From: a virus
Taxonomy: Duplodnaviria; Heunggongvirae; Uroviricota; Caudoviricetes
IMG/VR virus record: IMGVR_UViG_3300026549_000033
Coordinates: 1 to 64,000 of that record
Direction: 5' to 3' (one strand)
Length of the DNA stretch: 64,000 bases
How positions within the stretch are numbered: position 1 is the stretch's first letter; every line of letters begins with the position of its first letter. Positions 25,663-34,773 of this stretch are shown one piece after another. Below the pieces are notes generated by a model. That model did no database searches and was not told the origin of the DNA. It was given only the letters and a program-made list of their open reading frames with translations. The translations under genes were made by a program, and so were the position numbers.

Positions 25663-28386
25663 ATGAGATATTTATTTGTATTAAGAGGGGCACCCGCCTC
25701 AGGTAAGAGTACATGGATTAAAGAAAATGAATTAGAACCATATACATTAAGTACAGATAGTTTAAGATTAATGTATCAATCTCCTGTAACAACTGCAGAA
25801 GGAGATAGAAAAATTTCCCAAAATAATGATAAGGAAGTTTGGAATTTACTTATGGAGCTTCTTGAAAGAAGAATGGAAAATGGTGAGTTAGTTGTTATAG
25901 ACGCTACTCATTATAAATCTTCCCTTATAAATAGATATAAAGACCTTGTATCAAAATATAGATATAGAGTTTATGTTGTAGATTTTTCTAATGTATCAGA
26001 AGAAGAATTAAAAAGAAGAAATGCTACAAGAGGATTTAGAAAAGTTCCAGATGAAGTAATTGAGAAAATGGTTGTAGCCTTAGCGGATACTAATGAAGTT
26101 AAAAAACAATATAAAATAGTATCTCCTGAAGAAGCAATTACATTAATAAATTCTCCCTTAGAGCCATTTGACGTAAATGAATATGAAAAAGTTGTAATCT
26201 TTGGGGATATACATGGTTGTTATGACCCATTAAAAGAATATTTTGATAAGAATCCATTTAATGAAAATTACAATTATATTTTCTGTGGAGATTATTTAGA
26301 TAGGGGATTACAAAATAAGGAAGTTTTGGAATTTTTAATTTCTTTAAAAGATAAAAAGAATTGTGTATTCTTAGAAGGTAATCATGAGAAATGGTTGAGA
26401 ATATATTCTCAAAAAGATTATGATATGGATTACTACGAGAATAGACCTGTTGAGTATAAAGACCCATTTGTTACTAAATTAATTGCTCAATTAAAAGACA
26501 AACAAGTTATTTTAGAGAAAAAGATAAATAAGAATAAAAATATGTCTGAGGAATTGTCTAAGCTATTAAGGGAATCTTGGGAAACAAATCCTGAGAACAG
26601 AGAAGTATTTTATAGATTTGAAAAAATAAATGTTCCTGAAAAACAAAAGGAATTACATAAAGAAATACAAGAATGTGAATACAGGTTAGAAAAACTAATT
26701 AGATTAATTACTGTGCTGCAGCATGAAGAGCACAATACGAAAGATTTTATACAAAATTGTAGAGAATGGTTTAAAGAAGAGTTCTCTACGGATTTATCTT
26801 TAGATATTACAAACATTTTAGAAAAGAATTATAATGTGGAATCTAAAAGAAAACAAAATCCAATTCGTTCTTTAGAATTTATAAAAAGAACATATCCACA
26901 AATCAAAGATATTGATAAAACAGAAATAAGAAGATTCTGCGATAGATTAGCACAAATGAGTTATTTTACATTTAATGGACATGATTATTTGGTAACTCAT
27001 GGTGGTGTACCATGTATGCCTACAATGAAAACACAAACAATAGAATTAATTAAAGGTGTAGGTAAATATGAAGACCATGATAAAATAGATAAACAATTTA
27101 ATGAAAATGAAGAAAAGAATAAAACATGGACAGTCCAAATACACGGTCATAGAAATGTAATGAGAGTTCCTGTTGTATCAAATGAGAACATGACATTCAA
27201 TTTAGAAGGTCAAGTAGAGTTTGGTGGACACTTAAGAATTGTAGAACTTGGAGATTTTCCTGAAGGACATTGGAATATTGTAGAAATTAAGAACGAGACT
27301 TATGATATTCCAGAAGTAAAAGAGGAAGAAGAAAAATCTGACATAGAACTGCTTAGAGAAATGTATGATAGTAAATGGGTACAGGTTAAAAACTTAAAAG
27401 ATAATGTAATAAGTTTTAACTTTACAAGAGACGCTTTTGAAAAAGGAAAGTGGGATACAATAACAACAAAAGCAAGAGGTTTGTTTATAGATAAAACAGA
27501 CGGGCACGTTGTAGGAAGAAGTTTTGATAAATTCTTTAACTATAGACAACATGAAACAACAGAACCTGCTTATATGAAGGAACATATTAAGTGGCCTTTA
27601 ATTGGATATAAAAAAGAAAATGGATTCTTGGGTATTGTATCTAAAGATAAAAATGGAGTACATTTCTTTACTAAATCTTCTGATGAAGGTGACTATGTAA
27701 ATTGGTTTATAGGTGTACTATGTGATAATTATGGAATAACTTATATATCCAATAGTAGATATTCAGATATTTATAACAAATTAGTTAATGAAAGAGATGA
27801 AATAGATAAGGTTAATCGTAGAACTGAATTAAATATTTTAAAAACAGAATTAACTAATAAATTATCACCATTATTAGCGGAAGGGTGTTCCTATGTATTT
27901 GAATGTATAGATAAAGATAATGACCCACATATTATAAAATATGATAGTAATAAGGTAATCTTGTTAGAAATCTTTGATAATCAACTAAAAGAAAAACACT
28001 ACAATTATGAGGATTTAAAAACAATAGGGCAGGCTTTAAATGTTCCTGTTAAAGAAAAAGCACTTGTATTTAATAACTGGGAAGAATTTGAAGAATGGAA
28101 AGATAAATTCAGACAAGGATTATCTCAATGGGATTGTAAGCATGAAGGATATGTATTTGAAGACCAAAATGGATATAGGGTTAAGTTTAAATCTTCATTC
28201 TATAATTTTTGGAAACAAATGAGAGCTTTAAAAGACGTTATGGCAGGCGGAAGAACAAACAAGAAAGTTTATAAAACTAAAGAAGAAATACAGGTTGTAA
28301 AACTCATGGAAGAATTAGGTAGAGATAGGCTTAAAGAAATGTCTATTATTGATGTAGAAGATATGTTTTATGAAAGGTATAAGTAA
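25663..28386 (+). CDS. pnkp: Trifunctional polynucleotide kinase-phosphatase-ligase (Pnkp-type RNA repair enzyme), 907 aa.
   Basis: N-terminal P-loop kinase similar to T4 Pnk (RGAPASGKSTW ... RRNATRGFRKVPDEVIEKM). Central calcineurin-type phosphoesterase (GDIHGCYD, GDYLDRG, GNHEKW). C-terminal domain with a lysine-nucleotidyltransferase-like KENG motif (YKKENGFLG). Confidence 0.7.
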   Translation: MRYLFVLRGAPASGKSTWIKENELEPYTLSTDSLRLMYQSPVTTAEGDRKISQNNDKEVWNLLMELLERRMENGELVVIDATHYKSSLINRYKDLVSKYRYRVYVVDFSNVSEEELKRRNATRGFRKVPDEVIEKMVVALADTNEVKKQYKIVSPEEAITLINSPLEPFDVNEYEKVVIFGDIHGCYDPLKEYFDKNPFNENYNYIFCGDYLDRGLQNKEVLEFLISLKDKKNCVFLEGNHEKWLRIYSQKDYDMDYYENRPVEYKDPFVTKLIAQLKDKQVILEKKINKNKNMSEELSKLLRESWETNPENREVFYRFEKINVPEKQKELHKEIQECEYRLEKLIRLITVLQHEEHNTKDFIQNCREWFKEEFSTDLSLDITNILEKNYNVESKRKQNPIRSLEFIKRTYPQIKDIDKTEIRRFCDRLAQMSYFTFNGHDYLVTHGGVPCMPTMKTQTIELIKGVGKYEDHDKIDKQFNENEEKNKTWTVQIHGHRNVMRVPVVSNENMTFNLEGQVEFGGHLRIVELGDFPEGHWNIVEIKNETYDIPEVKEEEEKSDIELLREMYDSKWVQVKNLKDNVISFNFTRDAFEKGKWDTITTKARGLFIDKTDGHVVGRSFDKFFNYRQHETTEPAYMKEHIKWPLIGYKKENGFLGIVSKDKNGVHFFTKSSDEGDYVNWFIGVLCDNYGITYISNSRYSDIYNKLVNERDEIDKVNRRTELNILKTELTNKLSPLLAEGCSYVFECIDKDNDPHIIKYDSNKVILLEIFDNQLKEKHYNYEDLKTIGQALNVPVKEKALVFNNWEEFEEWKDKFRQGLSQWDCKHEGYVFEDQNGYRVKFKSSFYNFWKQMRALKDVMAGGRTNKKVYKTKEEIQVVKLMEELGRDRLKEMSIIDVEDMFYERYK

Positions 28387-28426
28387 AAATGAGAAGGAGC
28401 GGAGGGTACAGAATAATGAAAAATGA
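28386..28426 (+). repeat. 41-bp direct repeat, copy 2. The intact start of the downstream gene.
   Basis: Identical to 25366-25406. Confidence 0.9.
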
Positions 28427-28643
28427 CTCGCATACAAAAATAAGAATTGAAACGGACTTTGATTTTAACGAGAAAGTTATTATAAAGCCTCTAAAAATAG
28501 AGGGTACTATAGAAAGCTTTTGGTTAAACAAAGCCAAAGAACTCAAAGTAGAAGTTAGATATTTTCTTAATAATGAGATAAAACTTGATTATTTCTACTG
28601 TGATGAGTTGGAGGTTTTGAAAGAATCTAAGACAGGGGTTTAG
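28389..28643 (+). CDS. Hypothetical protein, 84 aa. Its first 12 codons are duplicated at 25369.
   Basis: ORF whose start lies within the repeat. Confidence 0.5.
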   Translation: MRRSGGYRIMKNDSHTKIRIETDFDFNEKVIIKPLKIEGTIESFWLNKAKELKVEVRYFLNNEIKLDYFYCDELEVLKESKTGV

Positions 28644-28649
28644 TGTATA

Positions 28650-28952
28650 ATGCACGGATGGAACTTATATAAAAAATGTGAAGTACCTATACCTAATTTT
28701 CCCATGTCCCCTCAATTTTCAGAGCATCAGCAATTGGAGCTTTTCAAAGTTCTTTGCTGTGGAAGATGGATAGAAATAGCTCAAAAGGCATTCTATGAAG
28801 GTATGTGGTACGCGGGCGGGGTTGATTACAAGAGGCGTTTAATAACTCACTCCTTTGAGGAGGCTGTATGTGGCTTAATTCTTAAATATTGGGAAGAAAT
28901 GAGTACTCAAGATAAAGCTAAAGTTAAAAAAATATTGGAGGGTAACATATAA
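28650..28952 (+). CDS. Hypothetical protein, 100 aa.
   Basis: ORF. Confidence 0.45.
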   Translation: MHGWNLYKKCEVPIPNFPMSPQFSEHQQLELFKVLCCGRWIEIAQKAFYEGMWYAGGVDYKRRLITHSFEEAVCGLILKYWEEMSTQDKAKVKKILEGNI

Positions 28953-29287
28953 TGTTTTGTGAGCATAACTGTCCTTTTTATGAAGAGCACGGTGGAGAGT
29001 ATTATCAAGGCTGTTGGGAATTCTATGATATCTGTTGGGCTGCTCCTGATTTAGGAGTTCTTCCTGTTACTTGTACTCCTGAATGCTTTTTTATTAGAGG
29101 GGACGAAAGTGAAATGGTAGACGTTTGTAATAAAGCTATGAGCCATCAAAAGTGGGTGAGCCAATGGAATGCTCCTGCAACTTATAGAACTTTGACAAAT
29201 GAGGAAAGAAAGTATATAATAAGAGATATGGAAGTTTTCATAAAAGCATTCACAGAACTGAGAACTCCTATATCATATTATAAATAA
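28952..29287 (+). CDS. Cys-rich hypothetical protein, 111 aa.
   Basis: ORF with scattered Cys and His (CEHNCPFYEEHGG ... C). Confidence 0.45.
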   Translation: MFCEHNCPFYEEHGGEYYQGCWEFYDICWAAPDLGVLPVTCTPECFFIRGDESEMVDVCNKAMSHQKWVSQWNAPATYRTLTNEERKYIIRDMEVFIKAFTELRTPISYYK

Positions 29288-29299
29288 GGAAAGAGCAGC

Positions 29300-29650
29300 G
29301 TGGGAACAAACTATTACTGGTACAGAGAAGCACAGTGGGAAGGACCTAAAGAAGAAGGTCTTCATATAGGAAAGCGTTCTTGTGGGTGGGTTTTTAATTT
29401 TGAAGCTCATTATGACAAGTTTCAAAGGTATAAGTTAACTTCTTATGCAGCATGGAAAGAATTTCTTAAAGAAGGTTTTATTTATGACGAGTACGGAGAG
29501 TTCATTCCTTATAAGAAGTTTATAAAACTTGTGGAAGCCACAAGACCTAAAGGAAAGACTTTTGAAGATATTCCTGAAGCTGAGCAAATTCATTTATGCG
29601 ACGAATGGGTAGACGCAGGCTTTATGTTCACATTAGGGGATTTTTGTTAA
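29300..29650 (+). CDS. Hypothetical protein, 116 aa.
   Basis: ORF. Confidence 0.45.
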   Translation: MGTNYYWYREAQWEGPKEEGLHIGKRSCGWVFNFEAHYDKFQRYKLTSYAAWKEFLKEGFIYDEYGEFIPYKKFIKLVEATRPKGKTFEDIPEAEQIHLCDEWVDAGFMFTLGDFC

Positions 29651-29660
29651 AGGAAAACAT

Positions 29661-30338
29661 ATGAGCACAATAAATTTAAAAGTAAAACAAGCAAATGAAA
29701 GATATGAGTTATCTGTTAACCAAAAAATAGAAGAATATGTGTCTAAGTTAGAAGAAAAAGTGCAGAAGGTTATTCGTTTGTCGTCTAATGGGCACGAATA
29801 TTGGTCAAAAACAGTCACAATGATCAGGCATGAATACGACTTAAATCAGATTGCACTATGGATAAGAGCTGTAATCTTAGCTAAAATGGATTCTTATTAT
29901 TTGTATTTTACTTTTGGGAAATACAAAGGTAGAATAGTTCAAGACATTTTGGAAGAAGACGAAAGCTATTGTCATTGGTTTCTTCACGAGGTTAGGGGAA
30001 ATGACTTTAATACTTTAAAAATACTGGACTATTTGTCAAAGTGCATATTTTACGGTCAACAAACAGTAATACTTGATATACCTTGGGGTGTTCAAATGCA
30101 GTATTATAAGTATTGGTTAGGAGACCCATATGTAATTTTTGAAGAAGTTATATCTGAACTTCCAGATAAAATAGCTAAAGAGGCAAGAGAAGATAAGAAC
30201 TTTATCTTAGAGTTTTTCTCCTATTCAGGCTGTAAGTCAAAATCTTATAATATAAAGAGCTCTGATTTGGACTGTGGTGGAATGTCGCCATGGGAAGAAA
30301 TAATGAGTGACGTGATAGACTACGGAGACTTATGTTAA
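29661..30338 (+). CDS. Hypothetical protein with a DUF3820-like motif (FGKYKG ... Y..WFL), 225 aa.
   Basis: YFTFGKYKGRIVQDILEEDESYCHWFL. Confidence 0.4.
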   Translation: MSTINLKVKQANERYELSVNQKIEEYVSKLEEKVQKVIRLSSNGHEYWSKTVTMIRHEYDLNQIALWIRAVILAKMDSYYLYFTFGKYKGRIVQDILEEDESYCHWFLHEVRGNDFNTLKILDYLSKCIFYGQQTVILDIPWGVQMQYYKYWLGDPYVIFEEVISELPDKIAKEAREDKNFILEFFSYSGCKSKSYNIKSSDLDCGGMSPWEEIMSDVIDYGDLC

Positions 30339-30703
30339 TGATATTTACAGGTTATTACGCAAAACTTAATCAATATAAAACCCTTGGTTTAGAACCCATA
30401 GCAATTTCAGGGAAAAGACCTAACTTTTATGAAGGATTATATTATCCTGATTTTGCTCCACGTTATTGGATGTATCAAAGGTGGAAGGATAAAGATATTA
30501 CAAATGAAGGGTACACGATAGAGTATAAAAATTATTTGAATACTTTAGATAAAGAAGAAATAAGAAAGGACTTTGAATCCTATAATGGAGAAGGAAATCA
30601 TTGCATACTTCTTTGTTACGAAAAACCTCATGATTTCTGTCATAGACATGTTCTTGCTGAATGGCTTGAAGAGAACTTTGGATGGAGAATTGAGGAAATA
30701 TAA
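30332..30703 (+). CDS. DUF488-like small protein, 123 aa.
   Basis: LLCYEKPHDFCHRHVLAEWL matches the conserved C...CHR motif of the family. Confidence 0.4.
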   Translation: MLMIFTGYYAKLNQYKTLGLEPIAISGKRPNFYEGLYYPDFAPRYWMYQRWKDKDITNEGYTIEYKNYLNTLDKEEIRKDFESYNGEGNHCILLCYEKPHDFCHRHVLAEWLEENFGWRIEEI

Positions 30704-30709
30704 AGAGTA

Positions 30710-31453
30710 ATGGCAAAAAAGACATTTTTTCTGCGTGGTTGCAGAACTATAGATAAAAATAAGAAAACCTATGAAGAGAAGGCTCAAGAAACAAAACAGC
30801 ATTCTGCAAGATTAGCTGAAATGCAGAGGTACGTTGATATGTCTGAGGAGAAAAGAAATCTCCTTATGGACTTAGTTCTTAATGGCAAAAGCTCTGACAG
30901 TGATGAATCTCTACTTGATAAGGGTGTTATTATTTACATTCAGTTTTTAGACGTTATTGCTCAAGTAGAACAAGATTTTAAAGATAAAGGAATTGAAGTA
31001 CTTGTAATTCAAGGGAGTACTAAAGATAAGAAACGTGGCGAGATAGCTAAGGAGTTTCGTGGAGACCCGAAAAGTAAAGTTGTCTTAATTTCTAATGCTG
31101 CAGGGGAAAGTTTAAATCTTCAGGCAACAAACGAAATTTTTCTTTACGATATCCCGCCCGGAGTCGGAAAATTTAATCAGACTATTGGTAGAATAGCAAG
31201 AAGTTTTAGTAAATTTGAAGAAGAAGGACGGAGCTTCTATATTCACTATGTTATTGTAGAGGACACCTTAGACGTCTACAAACCTATTTTATTGTCTTCA
31301 AAGAAAGAACTTGAAGAAGAGATACTTCATGCAGATACTATAAATCTTAAAGGTACAGGAAGTTTTGATAATGAAGTCCTTAAGAGAATAAGAAAAGATA
31401 TGCTGTGGAAAGAAAAAGAGAAGATGAAGGCTAAAAGGAAAGGCGAAATTTGA
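30710..31453 (+). CDS. SNF2-family helicase, C-terminal lobe only (Helicase_C, motifs IV to VI), 247 aa.
   Basis: VLVIQGSTKDKKRGEIAKEF, VVLISNAAGESLNLQATNEIFLYDIPPGVGKFNQTIGRIAR. Confidence 0.7.
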   Translation: MAKKTFFLRGCRTIDKNKKTYEEKAQETKQHSARLAEMQRYVDMSEEKRNLLMDLVLNGKSSDSDESLLDKGVIIYIQFLDVIAQVEQDFKDKGIEVLVIQGSTKDKKRGEIAKEFRGDPKSKVVLISNAAGESLNLQATNEIFLYDIPPGVGKFNQTIGRIARSFSKFEEEGRSFYIHYVIVEDTLDVYKPILLSSKKELEEEILHADTINLKGTGSFDNEVLKRIRKDMLWKEKEKMKAKRKGEI

Positions 31454-31478
31454 CACCTCTTAAATTTCCTTGTATAAT
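31450..31478 (+). promoter_or_regulatory. Promoter TTGACA-N17-TATAAT.
   Basis: ttgaca at 31450-31455, a 17-nt spacer, tataat at 31473-31478. Confidence 0.6.
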
Positions 31479-31500
31479 AAAAGCAAAGGAGAGAGTTTGA

Positions 31501-31755
31501 ATGTTTACTGACGCAAAGATGTCTCTTTGTAATTCACATGATACTATAAGTTACTGGGCAAGAGACGTAAAGAAAAATCTTAAAAAGGCTATTAAAGAAG
31601 AGAATTATTCTAAGATAGGTGATTTAGTAGAAACTATCAATTTAATCATTGAAGAAGCAAGAGTAGCCAAAAAGAAGGGACAGCATATGGAAAACAGGCT
31701 TAAGGCTTACCATGACAGTATAGTTAAGCTTGGTTTTAAGAGAGTTGGGAGATAG
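31501..31755 (+). CDS. Hypothetical protein, 84 aa.
   Basis: ORF after the promoter. Confidence 0.45.
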   Translation: MFTDAKMSLCNSHDTISYWARDVKKNLKKAIKEENYSKIGDLVETINLIIEEARVAKKKGQHMENRLKAYHDSIVKLGFKRVGR

Positions 31756-31757
31756 AA

Positions 31758-32264
31758 ATGACTAAAGTTATCAATATTTTTGGAGCTCCCGGGGCGGGTA
31801 AGAGCACTTTAGCTTTTGGGTTAGCTTACAGGTTAAAACTAAAGGGTTGTCACGTAGATATAGCTCACGAATATATTAAAGAAAAGTTGTATGAGGGAAC
31901 TCCTTATCCTTTTCATGACCAACTTTATACCTATGCAAAGCAAAATAAAAAATTAAATCAGTTGAATAATAAAGTTGATTATATAGTTACAGATAGCCCT
32001 TCTGTACAATGTGTGGCTTATGCTGAGAAAGAACCTGACGTCTATAGACAGATGGCCTTAGACTACTTTAATCAGTACGACAATTTAAACTTTTATATTG
32101 AAAGAACACATGAATATCAACCTTCGGGACGAAATCAAACAGAAGAGCAAGCTAAGTTAGTAGGTGAAAGAATTTTAACTACCTTAAATGAGTTAGAAAT
32201 TCCTTATACAATTTTACCCGCAAATATAGCTTTAGAGAATATATTAGAAATTTTAGGAGAATAA
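31758..32264 (+). CDS. Small P-loop kinase (AAA_28/NadR-type or nucleotide/nucleoside kinase-like), 168 aa.
   Basis: FGAPGAGKSTLAFGLAY Walker A. Size and layout fit small nucleoside or nucleotide kinases. Substrate unknown. Confidence 0.45.
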   Translation: MTKVINIFGAPGAGKSTLAFGLAYRLKLKGCHVDIAHEYIKEKLYEGTPYPFHDQLYTYAKQNKKLNQLNNKVDYIVTDSPSVQCVAYAEKEPDVYRQMALDYFNQYDNLNFYIERTHEYQPSGRNQTEEQAKLVGERILTTLNELEIPYTILPANIALENILEILGE

Positions 32265-33056
32265 ATGGATCAGGCAAAAGAACAAGTTTTCAAAAAACCA
32301 AGTGTTCTGATTTGTGGATACGGCATAGTGGGAAAGCACCTAAAGGAAACTTTTGAATGGGCTGATATTTATGATAAGTATAAGCCTGAATTCAGCAAAG
32401 TTACTAAAGAGTATGATTTCTGCTTTATAAGTGTTCCAACCCCTATGAAGGAGAGCGGGGAAGCTGACGTTAGTCAAGTCGAAGACGTTATTAAAACAGT
32501 CAAAGCAAAGTTGTATATTATCAAGTCTACTGTTCCTCCTAATACAACAAAGGCTCTTTCTGCTTTACATAAAAAGTGTATAATTTTCAGTCCTGAGTAT
32601 CAAGGTAATACTCAGCACGCGAATATTTCTTATAATTTTGTAATATTAGGAGGAGATAGAGCTTTCACAAACAAGGTAGCTCAGCTATATCAGTTAGTGC
32701 ATACCTGTGACCTAAGAATATATAAAACGGATAGTACAACTGCTGAGTTATGTAAATACATGGAGAATTCGTTTTTAGCTTGTAAGGTTACGTTCTGTAA
32801 TGAATTCTATCGTATAGCAAAACAGCTTAAAGTAGATTATACAGAGCTGAGAGAGCTCTTTGTAGCAGACTCTCGTATAGGAAGGAGCCATACCTTTGTT
32901 TATGAAGACTACCCTTATTATGACAGCAAGTGCTTTAACAAAGATTTACCGGCTATAGTATTTGAAATGAATAAAAATGGGTACGACGCTTCTTTCGTAA
33001 AAGCAATCATAAGTACAAATGATAAATTTAAAATGGAGGAAACTAATGAAGGATAA
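32265..33056 (+). CDS. Truncated UDP-glucose/GDP-mannose dehydrogenase-family protein lacking the C-terminal UDP-binding domain, 263 aa.
   Basis: ICGYGIVGK Rossmann motif, [41 protein letters not shown], and [11 protein letters not shown] where the catalytic Cys is expected. Start coupled to the upstream kinase (taaATG). Confidence 0.55.
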   Translation: MDQAKEQVFKKPSVLICGYGIVGKHLKETFEWADIYDKYKPEFSKVTKEYDFCFISVPTPMKESGEADVSQVEDVIKTVKAKLYIIKSTVPPNTTKALSALHKKCIIFSPEYQGNTQHANISYNFVILGGDRAFTNKVAQLYQLVHTCDLRIYKTDSTTAELCKYMENSFLACKVTFCNEFYRIAKQLKVDYTELRELFVADSRIGRSHTFVYEDYPYYDSKCFNKDLPAIVFEMNKNGYDASFVKAIISTNDKFKMEETNEG

Positions 33057-34305
33057 ACAAGTAGAAGGATACATACTAGAAGAACTAATAAGACAACAAA
33101 ATACAATAGAGCTTATAGCTTCTGAGAATATTGTAAGCAAAGATGTACTAGAGGCAGCAGGTTCTATATTTACAAATAAATACGCAGAAGGTAAGCCCTT
33201 TAAGAGGTACTATAATGGGTGCCACGTCGTAGATTTTATGGAACAGACAGCTTGTGATAGATTTAGAGAGTTGTTTAATACAGACTATCATGTAAATGTT
33301 CAGCCTCACTCAGGAGCTCAGGCAAATATGGCTGTATTTGAGGCATTACTTAATTACGGAGATACTGTTTTAAGTATGGATTTATCTAATGGAGGACACT
33401 TAAGTCATGGTTCTCCTGTTAATTATTCAGGTAAGCATTTTAATGTAGTACAATATGGTATTAATGAAAACGGTGAAATAAACTATGAGGAAGTTTTACA
33501 AATAGCTGTATTAAAAAATCCAAAACTTATTATTTGTGGTGCTTCTAATTATTCAAAAATAATTGATTTTAAAGAATTCGCTAAAATTAGAAATGAGCTT
33601 AATAATTTATATCCAAAGGACGAGCATTACCTCCTTGCTGATATAGCCCATATTGCAGGACTTGTAGCAGGTGGTGTTCACCCGTCTCCATTCCCTTGGG
33701 CAGACGTGGTAACAACAACTACACATAAATCTTTGAGGGGACCTCGTGGCGGTGTAATTGCTTGCAGACCTGATTTTGCTAAGAAAATAGATTCTGCTGT
33801 ATTCCCCGGTATCCAAGGCGGTCCTTTAGAGCACATAATAGCAGCAAAAGCTGTTTGCTTTTATGAAGCCTTACAACCTGAGTTTAAAGAATACGCCGAA
33901 CAAATAATAAAGAATGCAAATACACTCTGCGGAGTTCTTAATTACAGAGGATTTAAAATTGTAGGAGGTATGACCGAAAATCACCTTATGACAGTGGATT
34001 TAAGAAGGAGCTATATGTGCGAAGAGCTCACAGGAAAGGACGCTGCTAACCTTTTAGATAAATATGGAATTACTGTAAATAAAAACACAGTTCCGAATGA
34101 CCCAAGAGGACCTTTTGTTACTTCAGGACTTAGAATAGGAGTTCCTGCTGTGACAACTCGTGGATTTAAAGAAGAAGATATGAAAGAAGTTGGTAATATA
34201 ATAGCAGACATTCTTCAGTATCATGATGAAAAGTGGGAAGATATAAGGTTAGCAGCAAAAGGTAGAGCTCTTGAATTATGTAAAAAATATCCAATATATA
34301 AATAA
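33046..34305 (+). CDS. glyA: Serine hydroxymethyltransferase.
   Basis: [32 protein letters not shown] (PLP-lysine motif). ATG at 33046 with a ggagg RBS. The tracked ORF starts 27 nt upstream. Confidence 0.85.
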   Translation: MKDKQVEGYILEELIRQQNTIELIASENIVSKDVLEAAGSIFTNKYAEGKPFKRYYNGCHVVDFMEQTACDRFRELFNTDYHVNVQPHSGAQANMAVFEALLNYGDTVLSMDLSNGGHLSHGSPVNYSGKHFNVVQYGINENGEINYEEVLQIAVLKNPKLIICGASNYSKIIDFKEFAKIRNELNNLYPKDEHYLLADIAHIAGLVAGGVHPSPFPWADVVTTTTHKSLRGPRGGVIACRPDFAKKIDSAVFPGIQGGPLEHIIAAKAVCFYEALQPEFKEYAEQIIKNANTLCGVLNYRGFKIVGGMTENHLMTVDLRRSYMCEELTGKDAANLLDKYGITVNKNTVPNDPRGPFVTSGLRIGVPAVTTRGFKEEDMKEVGNIIADILQYHDEKWEDIRLAAKGRALELCKKYPIYK

Positions 34306-34318
34306 GAAAGGAAGTATA

Positions 34319-34696
34319 ATGGGAGTAGACTATTTTAGTTGTGAAAACTGCGGAAGAGCCGCTTCAGAATATGATGAAATTCATTGCGAAAAGTGTGAAA
34401 GTTCACTTTGCTCTTGTGCTATGCCTGACGAGATAGCTCAATTATGTGGATGTTGGGAGGACATATGGAACTTTATCAATACTGATATAAATAATAAGAT
34501 TATCCCGAGCTCTGCATGGAAGGGTGAAGACGGCAAAAAGTATGTTAAACTATTTAAGAAGTACTTATCTGTTAATGACGATTACGGAGTAGTTCTTAAA
34601 GAGAAGTATTGTCCTATTTGTCAAAAAAGAAAAGAAGACGAAAAAGACCCTGAGTACAAAGAGTACTTAAGACTTAAGGCTAAGTTTGAAAAGTAA
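34319..34696 (+). CDS. Cys-rich zinc-ribbon protein, about 125 aa.
   Basis: CENCGRAASEY ... CEKCESSLCSC ... CPICQKRK. ATG at 34319 with an aaggaag RBS. Confidence 0.5.
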   Translation: MGVDYFSCENCGRAASEYDEIHCEKCESSLCSCAMPDEIAQLCGCWEDIWNFINTDINNKIIPSSAWKGEDGKKYVKLFKKYLSVNDDYGVVLKEKYCPICQKRKEDEKDPEYKEYLRLKAKFEK

Positions 34697-34699
34697 AAT

Positions 34700-34728
34700 T
34701 TGACAGTTTACAAAAAGTAATATATAAT
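34700..34728 (+). promoter_or_regulatory. Promoter TTGACA-N17-TATAAT.
   Basis: ttgaca at 34700-34705, a 17-nt spacer, tataat at 34723-34728. Confidence 0.65.
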
Positions 34729-34773
34729 AAGAATATAATGTTGGCAACAACAATAAAGAGAGAGAAAAAGTTA

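Noticed and set aside
34738-34773. First ATG (34738) of the 571-aa ORF and similar far-upstream starts in the ORF track (33019, 34271, 39447, 48385, 56719, 58978).
   Set aside because: These starts lack an RBS and/or fall inside the preceding promoter or gene. Internal in-frame ATGs with a Shine-Dalgarno sequence at 5-9 nt were preferred.
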